Counted from the stretch's first letter, positions 1 to 9,067 are shown. The stretch: DNA of 32,000 nt from Psychrobacter cryohalolentis K5 (GCF_000013905.1 NC_007969.1:180001-212000); one strand, 5' to 3'. The notes: a model not told the origin generated them from the letters alone. Program-made: numbers and translations.

Positions 1-795
1 TTATCTATCTTGCAAATGCATGCGCAGCAGCTACAACAAGGTATGCTAAAGCTTGTCATCACACGCGCCGCGCAAGATATCCGTGGTTATGGCTATACGC
101 CAAGTGAGTGCGGTAGCACATGTGAGATTTGGCTAAAATCCTTGGCGATGAAGGTTAGCACTACTGAGCCATTGCCGTTAGCTGATGGTATTTTTGTTCC
201 GATGCAGCCTATGAGCACTGCTGTTTGTTTATCTTCGCAAATCGCTTGTCTGCCGTCGTCTCTTGCTGGACTCAAAAGTCTAAATCGTCTTGATAATGTG
301 TTGGCGAGTGCAGAGTTGCAGGATATCAAAGCTCGTTCATTAAACTCTAATGGCTCGCAAGATATTGGTGAGGGCTTGTTACGTGATATGACTGGGTGCT
401 GGGTTGAGGGCACGATGAGCAATATGTTTTATCAATTATCTGATTGCCGACTGGTAGAGTCGCCATCTTCAGAGATGATAAATACGGCTAATGATGATAA
501 AGATAGTGCTGATAAAAACAAGGCTGCTAAAGGCAACGCAAATTATTTAACCCAAGGTCAATGGTATACGTCATCAATGGCACAATCGGGCGTCGCTGGG
601 GTGATGCGGCAAGTAATTATTGATGAGTTATCTACGACGAAATATCCAGTTGTTGTGCGGTCATTACAAGATAAGGATTTGCCACAGCTTCAGCAGCTGT
701 TCTTTTGCAATGCGTTACGCGGTATTATGCCAATGACCAGTCTGACGTTACTGTCGGGTGAAATAGTGAGTTTTAAGCGATTTAATCATATTTAA
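1..795 (+). CDS. pabC: aminodeoxychorismate lyase (class IV aminotransferase fold); 5' end lies outside the window
   Basis: The frame is open from base 1. Motifs LKLVITRA..RGY, LAGLKSLNRL, GVAGVMRQ and FFCNALRGIMPM match the PabC core from about E. coli residue 75 onward. It sits upstream of mltG-tmk as in E. coli pabC-yceG-tmk. It carries a hydrophilic insertion at about 451-575. Confidence 0.8.
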   Translation, partial: LSILQMHAQQLQQGMLKLVITRAAQDIRGYGYTPSECGSTCEIWLKSLAMKVSTTEPLPLADGIFVPMQPMSTAVCLSSQIACLPSSLAGLKSLNRLDNVLASAELQDIKARSLNSNGSQDIGEGLLRDMTGCWVEGTMSNMFYQLSDCRLVESPSSEMINTANDDKDSADKNKAAKGNANYLTQGQWYTSSMAQSGVAGVMRQVIIDELSTTKYPVVVRSLQDKDLPQLQQLFFCNALRGIMPMTSLTLLSGEIVSFKRFNHI

Positions 796-834
796 AAAGG
801 GCAGCCTAGAGCTGAGCGTTATAACGAAAAGCGT

Positions 835-999
835 TTAATATAATTTTTGATAATGACCACGACCCAAAAACTTAATAATGCCTCTATCGCGTAATATTTG
901 TAATTGCTGACGGATTTTATCTTTAATGTGGTTGTTTTCAGGATATTTGAGTTTTAATAAGTCGGCAAACGCATAAACCTGATTGAGAGAAATTAGCCT
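835..999 (-). pseudogene. displaced C-terminal winged-helix domain of the DpnI-like gene, readable only in the +1 frame relative to ORF 938..1597
   Basis: My own minus-strand translation of 993..838 gives ISLNQVYAFADLLKLKYPENNHIKDKIRQQLQILRDRGIIKFLGRGHYQKLY, with stop TAA at 837..835. This is a typical wHTH recognition segment (IRQQLQ.LRD.G.I.F.GRG.Y). That frame is closed by a TAG at 1002..1000, so the frame change must lie between about 991 and 999. Confidence 0.65.
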
Positions 1000-1597
1000 C
1001 TAGCTTATCAATACATTGCAGTATATCTAGTGTCCAGCCGCGTGAGGCGATAGATTGTGTACGTAAAAATAAGGTTTTTTGAAATTGCTCAGTGACATTA
1101 TCTCGTGGTATGACCTGCTGGTCTTTGACTAAAAATACTTTTCCTGATTCGGGCACTTTGCGCAAGTCAATATTACAGCCAACCCAGCCCGCACGTTTGG
1201 CAGTAACGGATAACGGTTTGCGTTTTATAATCATGTCGGGCTTGAAGAATTGTTTGGGAATGATTAAGAAGTTATTAACCCTATATTCTTGAGAGTAGGT
1301 CAAAAAGAAAAAGCTGGGATTATCCTTGCTATTGATACGTTCAATCATGGTGGCATAAGCGCCATCATTAATAATGTTACTTAATTTAGCCTTCTTACTT
1401 TTTAATTCGTATTGCTCATCACAGTTTGCACAATAAAAGTCAGCGACAGGTTTGCCGTTCGTAAATGCAGCCAATGGTTCGGTATTACAATTAGGACAAT
1501 AACTTTGCTTAGCTACCCAATCTTCGCTAAGCACACGAATTTTTTGAGGTTCAGATTTATATTTTTTGGCAAGACTTTGATTAAAATTTAGGTTCAT
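938..1597 (-). CDS. DpnI-family N6-methyladenine-directed (type IIM) restriction endonuclease; catalytic domain ORF ending prematurely after a frameshift
   Basis: The N-terminus has CPNC..(18 aa)..CANC, a Cys4 zinc motif that brackets PVADF...YELKSKK, a PD-(D/E)XK-type D...E-x-K motif. Further family-typical blocks are INDGAYATM, FFFLTY, RKPL..TA.RAGWVGCNIDL and SRGW. There is no adjacent methyltransferase, as expected for type IIM. By eye it is more AT-rich than the flanking genes. Confidence 0.7.
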   Translation of the reverse strand: MNLNFNQSLAKKYKSEPQKIRVLSEDWVAKQSYCPNCNTEPLAAFTNGKPVADFYCANCDEQYELKSKKAKLSNIINDGAYATMIERINSKDNPSFFFLTYSQEYRVNNFLIIPKQFFKPDMIIKRKPLSVTAKRAGWVGCNIDLRKVPESGKVFLVKDQQVIPRDNVTEQFQKTLFLRTQSIASRGWTLDILQCIDKLEANFSQSGLCVCRLIKTQIS

Positions 1598-1760
1598 AGC
1601 CCGTTTTCTTATTAAAGGAAAGATTTGAAGTGATAAATAAGCGATATGAGTATTAAGCCATATAAATGAGCTTAAACGCTAAGTTAATGGATAAGCTAAG
1701 CAAATCCCATTGAAAAATAAGCGGTTCAGTGCTAAATTCTAGCAAACTTCTGCCTCGCGA

Positions 1761-3050
1761 GTGACCATGAGCACGCCAACCCCTGAAACGCCTCCTGAAC
1801 GTCCTGATGATACGCTATCGAATGACCAAAAAGGTACTGCTGACGAGCGTATCGACGGGGTACCTTTGAATTCAAAGCCAGTCGATGAGACAGGTGTAGA
1901 GGAAGTTCCGCCTACAGATGTCTCGCTCATAAGTGGTAATAATAAACCACGTCATTATAAAGCCGATAACCCTTCATTCTTTATGCAGCGCGGTTATCAA
2001 GTGTTGTTGGTACTCGGGTTAATTGCTGCATTTTTCTTAGTCATGGTTTATCAGACCTTATTTGGTCGGATTGAACAGCCGCAGCAAATGGTGACGATTG
2101 AAAAGGGTCAGACCTATTACGGGTTGCTACCGCAGTGGCAACAGGAAATTCCGCTATTTTCTGCCACGATTGCCAAGCTTTATATGAAAACGCAAGTCGA
2201 TGGTCCATTGCACGCAGGTATTTACCAATTACCGGAAAACCCTACTATTGCTGAAGCGCTACACGTGCTTGGGCAAGGGGTAAAAGCGGCGATGGTTAAA
2301 GTACAAATTATCGAGGGCAAAACCTCAAAAGATTTGTATCAGGCGCTACGTGATAACAAAGGCATCAAAAAAGAAGTGCTGACCGCTGACAGTACGAATG
2401 CTAGCATCGCAGAAGCGTTAGATTTGGTTGGCATATTGCCGGATGCAGTTGCCAATAGTAATGATCCTATTGTCAATCACAATCTTGAGGGCTGGTTTGC
2501 CCCTGATACTTATTATTATGGGGAAGGCACTACCGACAAGAAGGTATTGACCGACTTGTACAAACGCCAACAGCAAGCGCTGACCAAGGCATGGGAAAAC
2601 CGTGCGCCAAATCTCCCTTATCAGACTCCTTATGAGGCACTGGTAATGGCATCTATTATCGAAAAAGAAACCAGTGTGGCAGCAGAGCGTCCTTTGGTCT
2701 CAGCCGTCTTTAATAATCGCTTGAACAAAAATATGCGTATGCAGACGGATCCTACCATTATCTATGGTATGGGCAGCCGCTATGAAGGCAATATTCGCCG
2801 TAAAGACATCGATGAAAAAACAGGCTATAACACTTATCAAATCGATGGTTTGCCGCCGACACCCATTGCACTGCCGTCAGCGGCTTCTATCGAAGCAACC
2901 TTACATCCTGCTGATAGCGCAGCGCTATATTTTGTGGCGACAGGCAATGGCGGGCATAAATTTACCAATAGCCTAGCTGAGCACAATCAAGCAGTTAAAG
3001 AGTATCTCGGTGTCATGCGTGAGAAGAAAGCTCAAACGCCGCAGCAGTAA
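1761..3050 (+). CDS. mltG: endolytic murein transglycosylase MltG (YceG family) with a roughly 75-aa disordered N-terminal extension
   Basis: There is a single TM helix (VLLVLGLIAAFFLVMVY). YceG motifs are EGWFAPDTYYY, ASIIEKET, VFNNRL...MQTDPTIIYG and YNTYQIDGLPPTPIA.P. The GTG at 1761 or the ATG at 1767 could be the start. Confidence 0.9.
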   Translation: MTMSTPTPETPPERPDDTLSNDQKGTADERIDGVPLNSKPVDETGVEEVPPTDVSLISGNNKPRHYKADNPSFFMQRGYQVLLVLGLIAAFFLVMVYQTLFGRIEQPQQMVTIEKGQTYYGLLPQWQQEIPLFSATIAKLYMKTQVDGPLHAGIYQLPENPTIAEALHVLGQGVKAAMVKVQIIEGKTSKDLYQALRDNKGIKKEVLTADSTNASIAEALDLVGILPDAVANSNDPIVNHNLEGWFAPDTYYYGEGTTDKKVLTDLYKRQQQALTKAWENRAPNLPYQTPYEALVMASIIEKETSVAAERPLVSAVFNNRLNKNMRMQTDPTIIYGMGSRYEGNIRRKDIDEKTGYNTYQIDGLPPTPIALPSAASIEATLHPADSAALYFVATGNGGHKFTNSLAEHNQAVKEYLGVMREKKAQTPQQ

Positions 3051-3161
3051 CACTATTTCATGTTGCTATTTATATTGCTTTAAAAAACCATCATTTATTG
3101 AGCATTATCGTTATAAAAATAAAAGTAATGATAACGCTCAACAATGACATAAGGTCATATC

Positions 3162-3839
3162 ATGTCAGCATCCATACAAGCGTCGTTTTCTCAAACCACC
3201 ACTACGCCCACTCAAGGGCGTTTTATTAGTTTTGAGGGCACTGAAGGCGTTGGTAAAACCACGGCGATTGAGCAACTATGTGCGCGTCTGCAAGCGCATG
3301 GCATTGATTATCTGCGCACCCGCGAGCCGGGTGGTAGTCCGTTTGCTGAACGCTTGCGCGAGATATTGTTAGACCCGAATACCGCTATCAATGATGATAC
3401 AGAGTTGCTACTCATGTTTGCTGCGCGCTGTGATCATATGCAGCAAGTCATTTTGCCAGCGCTGCAACGTGGTACATGGGTAATATGTGACCGCTTTACC
3501 GACTCGACGGTTGCTTATCAAGGCTTTGGACGTGCAGATGGCGATGCGATTGTCCGTGCCAAAATTGACATGCTTATCGAGCAGTTTGTGATGCAGTTAC
3601 CCGAGCTTACACTGTGGCTAGATCTACCAGTATTAGAAGGCATGGCACGTGCTAATAAACGCAGTGCCGCTGACCGCTTTGAACAGCAAGCGACGGAATT
3701 TTTTACCAGAGTACATCAAGGTTTTAGCGTCCTTGCTAGCGAGCAGCCTGAACGTATCCAGCGTATTGATGCCTCAGGCAGCGCTAATGAGGTCAGCGCA
3801 CGAATATGGCAGACGATCGAAGAGAAGTTGGATATTTAA
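3162..3839 (+). CDS. tmk: thymidylate kinase
   Basis: It has the P-loop FEGTEGVGKTT and the motifs REPGG and DRFTDSTVAYQG. It follows mltG as in enterobacterial synteny. Confidence 0.93.
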   Translation: MSASIQASFSQTTTTPTQGRFISFEGTEGVGKTTAIEQLCARLQAHGIDYLRTREPGGSPFAERLREILLDPNTAINDDTELLLMFAARCDHMQQVILPALQRGTWVICDRFTDSTVAYQGFGRADGDAIVRAKIDMLIEQFVMQLPELTLWLDLPVLEGMARANKRSAADRFEQQATEFFTRVHQGFSVLASEQPERIQRIDASGSANEVSARIWQTIEEKLDI

Positions 3840-3876
3840 TAGACATTTTCATAAAGAAATAAGCTTGCTCCAATAA

Positions 3877-3904
3877 AAAGCCCCAACTAACTAGTTGGGG
3901 CTTT
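3877..3904. terminator. bidirectional rho-independent terminator between tmk and the antiporter gene
   Basis: The hairpin is AAAGCCCCAACTA / TAGTTGGGGCTTT, a perfect GC-rich stem flanked by an A-run and a T-rich tract. Confidence 0.8.
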
Positions 3905-3976
3905 GTTCATTGATAGGCATTTAATAAACACTATTTAAGCGTTGTTTATTTAGGTTTTAGCTATATGACCAGTATC

Positions 3977-6271
3977 TCAATCATTTTTACCTATATCTTT
4001 ATTTAATATAACTTCAGCAGTATTACTCTTGGCCGCTTTATCTTGGCCTGAGTCCGGTAAACGGTTAGGGTCTAGAGAGCCGTTTTTATTTTTAGGCGCA
4101 CTGCCATTACCGTTACCACTGTTTTTATTACTGCTGGCTGTTTTAGGTATTACTGGCGTATTAGGATTCGCAGGCAATACTTCGGGATTGACCTGACTAG
4201 TACTGGCAGATTCAGATGTTGCTATTTTTTCGTTAGCTGCTTCATCATTTAATGCTGTTGGCATGGTTGAAGATGGATTAGACGCTAAGCTAGCATCAGC
4301 TGACACATCATTAGGTAGATTTTGTTCAGCGTCTTTGTCGTTATCTATCAAAGATGCTTCCTCTACATCACTATCATCGTCCGCCAGCTCTATTTCTTGG
4401 CGTTTTTCAGGCGCTTTAGAGTCGGACTCAAAGCTTGCGTCAGCTGCAGCGCGCGCTTGCTCTTGTTGCGGCGTCACATCGACCGGTTTTGGCTGTACGT
4501 CATCATCGACGACCAATGAAACAAGCTTGCGATCACGCGGCACCGTACCATCGAATTTGTCAGTAATTACATGTAGCTTGCCTTCTTTATCGACCGTATA
4601 AAGCGGCACAAATTGCTTATTATCGGCTTTATATTGCTCAAAGCTATAGCTGTCGGTGATATTGGTGATTTTAATACGGGCTTTCTTGGACAGCATACTG
4701 GCAAGCTTGGTATAGGTCACATCTTTGCCAAATAGCCACTGCGAATGGAAGTTTCCTTGCTTGTCATCGCGCTCACTTTTGACTTTTTCATCGCTAAACT
4801 TTAAGCGGTACAGTTTGCGCTCACCGAACTCATGACGATAGTGAATCTCGGATAAAGTATTCAGCTCTTTATCCATACTCATGGCAAATAAACGTCCGAT
4901 ACCGATGAGATCCAAATGATGGTCAGCGTGGTCAGAGACAGGATTGCCAAAGTAAGTACGCAAGCCACTCATGCGCGCGCTAGCGATGTTGGTATAGTTA
5001 TTATGAGCAACGATGACATCAAAGCCCTGATCCTTTAACGAAGTAGCAACCAACAAAGCGACAGGGTTTGAGCCAACGACCAAGATACCGTTGGTTTCAG
5101 GCTCACGGACACCCAAAAAGTTCCCTACCATTTTTGCGCCCAAGCCCTGAATCATCACCGTACCAATAATGACCAAAAACACCAAAGGCACTAGTAGCTC
5201 AACCCCTTGAATATCATACTCTTGTAAACGAATGGCAAAGAGTGATGAGATGGCAGCAGCAACGATACCGCGCGGACCAATCCAGCTGATCATCAGTTTT
5301 TCTTTGGTCTTTAGGTTAGAGCCGATAGACGACACCCAAACCGATAGGGGGCGGGCGACAAACATTACAATCGCTAGTAGCACGAGACCTGCAAAGCCGA
5401 CACTCAATAAGCTTTCCAGCTCAACACGCGCTGCAAGAATAATAAATAAGACCGACACCAATAAGATGGTGAGCGATTCATTGAACTCTAAAATCGTATC
5501 ACGTGGGAATTTTGGCCAATTAGCCAGCGCAACCCCAAGTACAGTCACCGTCAATAAACCGGATTCATGTTCCAGATGGTTGGAGATTGAAAACAACACC
5601 AGTACAAAAGCAAGGGTAAAAACATTGCGTAAAAATTCAGGAATCATATGGCGACGCATCAAAAATGCTAATGCCCACGCGCCAGCTAGCCCCATTGCTA
5701 CTGCCAATACCACAATCTTAGCAAACAGCAAAATACTACTGGCTTCACCACCTGAGATAATATATTCATAGACCAATACCACCGCAATCGCGCCGATAGG
5801 GTCGATAATGATACCTTCCCATTTTAAGATATTGGAGATGGTTTTATTGGGTCGTACACTGCGCAGTAACGGCATAATGACCGTTGGACCAGTCACGCAG
5901 ACCAGTGCCCCAAACAACAAGGCAATAATAGGGTCGATATCGAAGAGCAAATACGTCGACAGCGACACGATAGCGATAGTGATTAGCACACCGACGGAAA
6001 CCAGCATCTGTACTACAGAGCCGTGTTGTTTAATCTCCTCAAACTCCAAGGTCAGCGATCCTTCAAATAAGATAATCGCTACGCCTAGTGAGATAAAGGG
6101 AAACATCAGTTCGCCGAGTACTAAGTCAGGATCGAAAACCCCTAATACTGGACCAACTATAATACCAATCAGTAATAAAAACAAAATGGACGGTTGCTTT
6201 AAATACCAAGCCAACCATTGGGCGGCAATGCCGATCCCAACCACGCCGGATAACAATAGGGCGGTATCCAT
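3977..6271 (-). CDS. CPA1-family monovalent cation:proton antiporter (NhaP-type) fused to an RCK/TrkA-N-like domain and a long disordered C-terminal tail
   Basis: About 400 N-terminal residues form a multi-TM domain with the GPRGIVAAAI motif. A Rossmann-like ILVVGSNPVALLVATSLKDQGFDV follows, then about 170 aa rich in S/N/D/A/P/K. An AAAGGA SD lies 8 nt upstream of the ATG. Confidence 0.85.
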   Translation of the reverse strand: MDTALLLSGVVGIGIAAQWLAWYLKQPSILFLLLIGIIVGPVLGVFDPDLVLGELMFPFISLGVAIILFEGSLTLEFEEIKQHGSVVQMLVSVGVLITIAIVSLSTYLLFDIDPIIALLFGALVCVTGPTVIMPLLRSVRPNKTISNILKWEGIIIDPIGAIAVVLVYEYIISGGEASSILLFAKIVVLAVAMGLAGAWALAFLMRRHMIPEFLRNVFTLAFVLVLFSISNHLEHESGLLTVTVLGVALANWPKFPRDTILEFNESLTILLVSVLFIILAARVELESLLSVGFAGLVLLAIVMFVARPLSVWVSSIGSNLKTKEKLMISWIGPRGIVAAAISSLFAIRLQEYDIQGVELLVPLVFLVIIGTVMIQGLGAKMVGNFLGVREPETNGILVVGSNPVALLVATSLKDQGFDVIVAHNNYTNIASARMSGLRTYFGNPVSDHADHHLDLIGIGRLFAMSMDKELNTLSEIHYRHEFGERKLYRLKFSDEKVKSERDDKQGNFHSQWLFGKDVTYTKLASMLSKKARIKITNITDSYSFEQYKADNKQFVPLYTVDKEGKLHVITDKFDGTVPRDRKLVSLVVDDDVQPKPVDVTPQQEQARAAADASFESDSKAPEKRQEIELADDDSDVEEASLIDNDKDAEQNLPNDVSADASLASNPSSTMPTALNDEAANEKIATSESASTSQVNPEVLPANPNTPVIPKTASSNKNSGNGNGSAPKNKNGSLDPNRLPDSGQDKAAKSNTAEVILNKDIGKND

Positions 6272-7073
6272 AAATTAATCCTTTTATAATAATATAGTCA
6301 TGCTGTAGAGCGATTCGAGGCTATAGCATTTAGCATAGACGGTTTTTTAGTTCATGATTCATTCACATCACTATTAAAAGTCGCTATCGACGGTTACCGC
6401 AAGAGTCACAGCAAGAGTCATGTATACTATATAGTAGCAAACACAGAATAATAGCAAAGATGAATACGCTTCTAGATAAAGTCGCGGAGCTTTAGAATAT
6501 AAGATCTAATAGCCAGAAGTGCAAAAGAGAGAAGATACGGTAAAATAATAGCCAATTTAAACAATGAAGCATTAATAAGTTTCAGCGCTAACTTTTGTTT
6601 GTTTTCAATGTGTTTTACTGGTTATCATAACATGATTTTATTTTATATAACTGAGTGCTCACTGTCACCCAAAGCGTTACAAGACTCTTAAAAAGACAGA
6701 CAGCATAAGTCATTTTGGTTATGAACTAGCGACTGAATGCTGCAACGATGTTGTTCACTAGCTATGGTTGATCAGTGGTTCTAATAGCTCGATGAAGTCC
6801 TTAAGTGACGTCGCAAGTCATAATCGTATTCAGATGATTCTGAGTTTGCAGTGTATGGTTTAGCGTATAGTGTAATTAGCATATTCAAGTTAACTTACCG
6901 TATTGAGATAGATGCTCAATAGATGACAAACTAAGCTGCAGTCAGCAAAAATACTCTATAAACTAAGATAAAAGTACTATTTATTAATCATGAATTAAAA
7001 TGCCAAGCCGTGCTATAAGTTAATAGCATAGCCACTCACAAAAATTATAAAAATCACTTGGATGAGGGATAAG

Positions 7074-8531
7074 ATGCCAATCGACATATCTAAATCGAAA
7101 ATCACCATAGCTACCATGCAGCGCTTGCTTCAACGCAGCACCTTGGCAATCGCTGTCGCTACTACCATGGTTGTTGGTATTAATCTCAACACTATGCCAA
7201 GTGCGCAAGCTGCTGTCACCACAGCGGATTTTTCAGGATTGGTACAGCAAGTCACGCCAGCGGTGGCACGCGTCAATGTGACCAAAACTGTGAGTGAGGC
7301 TGAGCTTGCAAAAGCCCAAACGGCTGAGCTGTTACGGAAATTCTTTGGTGATCGCCTACGTATCCCTGATCAAGCTGCGACGCCAGCGATTGAGCATGCA
7401 TATGGCACGGGATTTTTTGTGACCGATGATGGTTATATGCTAACCAATCACCATGTAGTGGCGGGCGCAGACAAAATTACAGTGACTCTCAATGACAGAA
7501 CTGAACTGGATGCGACCTTAGTTGGCAGCGATGAGCGCTCGGATGTGGCAGTATTAAAGGTCACAGGCAAAAAATTCCCAGCGCTACCGATTGGCGATTC
7601 TAATAGCCTAAAAGTCGGTGAACCAGTACTGGCCATTGGCTCGCCATTTGGTTTCGATTATTCAGCATCAGCAGGTATTGTCAGCGCCAAATCACGTAAC
7701 TTTTCGCGTGAAACCAGTGTGCCATTTATTCAAACCGATGTGGCATTGAATCCTGGTAACTCAGGCGGACCTTTATTTAACCAGCGCGGTGAAGTGATTG
7801 GCATTAACTCACGTATTTTTAGTGGCACCGGTGGTTATATGGGATTGTCGTTCTCCATCCCGATTGATGCGGCAATGGATGTTTATGAGCAGCTCAAAAC
7901 CAATGGGAAGGTTGAGCGTGCTTATTTAGGTATTTATCCGCAAGATATCGATCGCAATCTCGCCGAAGCCTATAACCTAGCGCGTCCGCAAGGGGCGTTA
8001 CTGACACGCGTGTCGCCTGATTCACCTGCCCAAAAAGCAGGACTAAAATCAGGGGATATTATTTTACGCTACAATGATGTCCAAATTATGGAAGCCTCTG
8101 ATTTATTGAACCTGATCAATCGCGCGCGTCCCAATGATGGCTTTCGTATGCAAATCCAGCGTAATGGTAAGCAATCGCTTGTCACTGGCAAGCTGAGTGA
8201 TGCCTCAAATGACATGCAATCACAAAGCCGTGGTCAGCAAAATAACGAGATAAGTCTGGGCTTAGCCTTACGTAATTTGACCCCAGAGGAACAAGCAGAG
8301 CTGGCGTCTGATAATAAAACTGGTGTCTTGGTCACAGCGATTGAACCAACTGGATTGGCAGCACGCTCAGGTATATTAGCAGGCGATATCATTACCAACC
8401 TACATCAAAAACCGATTAAAACCGTTAATGATGTTTCGAGTGCGGTGTCGGTATTGCCTAAAAAGGGAGTGGTGACGATCGAAGTTATGCGTCAAGGTAT
8501 CCCTGGTATTATTGGATTACGGATAGAGTAG
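7074..8531 (+). CDS. periplasmic serine endoprotease, HtrA/DegP/DegQ (MucD-like) family, two PDZ domains
   Basis: The triad contexts are TNHHVV, SDVAVLKV and GNSGGPLF. The signal peptide ends in AQA. There are two PDZ-like repeats (GLKSGDIIL, GILAGDIIT). I moved the start from the track ATG at 7062 to the ATG at 7074, which follows a GAGGG SD. Confidence 0.9.
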   Translation: MPIDISKSKITIATMQRLLQRSTLAIAVATTMVVGINLNTMPSAQAAVTTADFSGLVQQVTPAVARVNVTKTVSEAELAKAQTAELLRKFFGDRLRIPDQAATPAIEHAYGTGFFVTDDGYMLTNHHVVAGADKITVTLNDRTELDATLVGSDERSDVAVLKVTGKKFPALPIGDSNSLKVGEPVLAIGSPFGFDYSASAGIVSAKSRNFSRETSVPFIQTDVALNPGNSGGPLFNQRGEVIGINSRIFSGTGGYMGLSFSIPIDAAMDVYEQLKTNGKVERAYLGIYPQDIDRNLAEAYNLARPQGALLTRVSPDSPAQKAGLKSGDIILRYNDVQIMEASDLLNLINRARPNDGFRMQIQRNGKQSLVTGKLSDASNDMQSQSRGQQNNEISLGLALRNLTPEEQAELASDNKTGVLVTAIEPTGLAARSGILAGDIITNLHQKPIKTVNDVSSAVSVLPKKGVVTIEVMRQGIPGIIGLRIE

Positions 8532-9067
8532 TTAAAGATATTGCTATTACTTGTGGCACAAAAGGACATAAGCGTTTGTTTGCTTGTATCGGCTAGCCAA
8601 CGATGTGTTGACGATTGGTTAAAAGGCTTAAAAAGGTTTTATCGACCGTTGGCAATTACGCTAAACTGACGGTTTGGTTTAAAAGCTAGAGGTTATCCAT
8701 TTTACTGTATATTAATGGCAAATGAGATTGAAGCAGCTGGGCAATTATTTTCAGAATGGCTTGCTTTGGCATTAATTGATTGATAGCGGTCAATCCAAAA
8801 TATGCTACACTAGCAGGCGTTTTTATAGCGAGATAATCATCCTATTAATGTCAGATAAAATGGCGTCAAGGACGGTATAAGACATACGAACATTCAGTAT
8901 TAACCTCGAGCAAGATCTTACCAATGATGTTTATGAGCATGCATATTATTTATAGTATCCATGCAGCTATTTGACAATGAATACTTCAAAATATGCATTG
9001 GTACTTGCAAACGACCTATCATGTGATAGCTTTAATCAAAGCTAGGATACGAGAGTAAGGCACAGTT

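Noticed and set aside
4263-6278. Long + strand ORFs (4263-4601, 4322-4519, 5232-5771, 5808-6278) lie opposite the antiporter gene.
   Set aside because: They sit entirely inside a well-supported CPA1 antiporter CDS on the other strand. Their products are low-complexity Ser/Thr/Ala/Ile-rich shadows with no start signals, which is typical of antisense open frames.
8532-9067. I looked for a lysine riboswitch or other leader in the 536-bp spacer upstream of dapA.
   Set aside because: I found no L-box-like conserved core and no convincing multi-stem structure. The only ORFs are 22 codons or shorter and lack an SD. I cannot exclude an sRNA, but nothing specific is visible.
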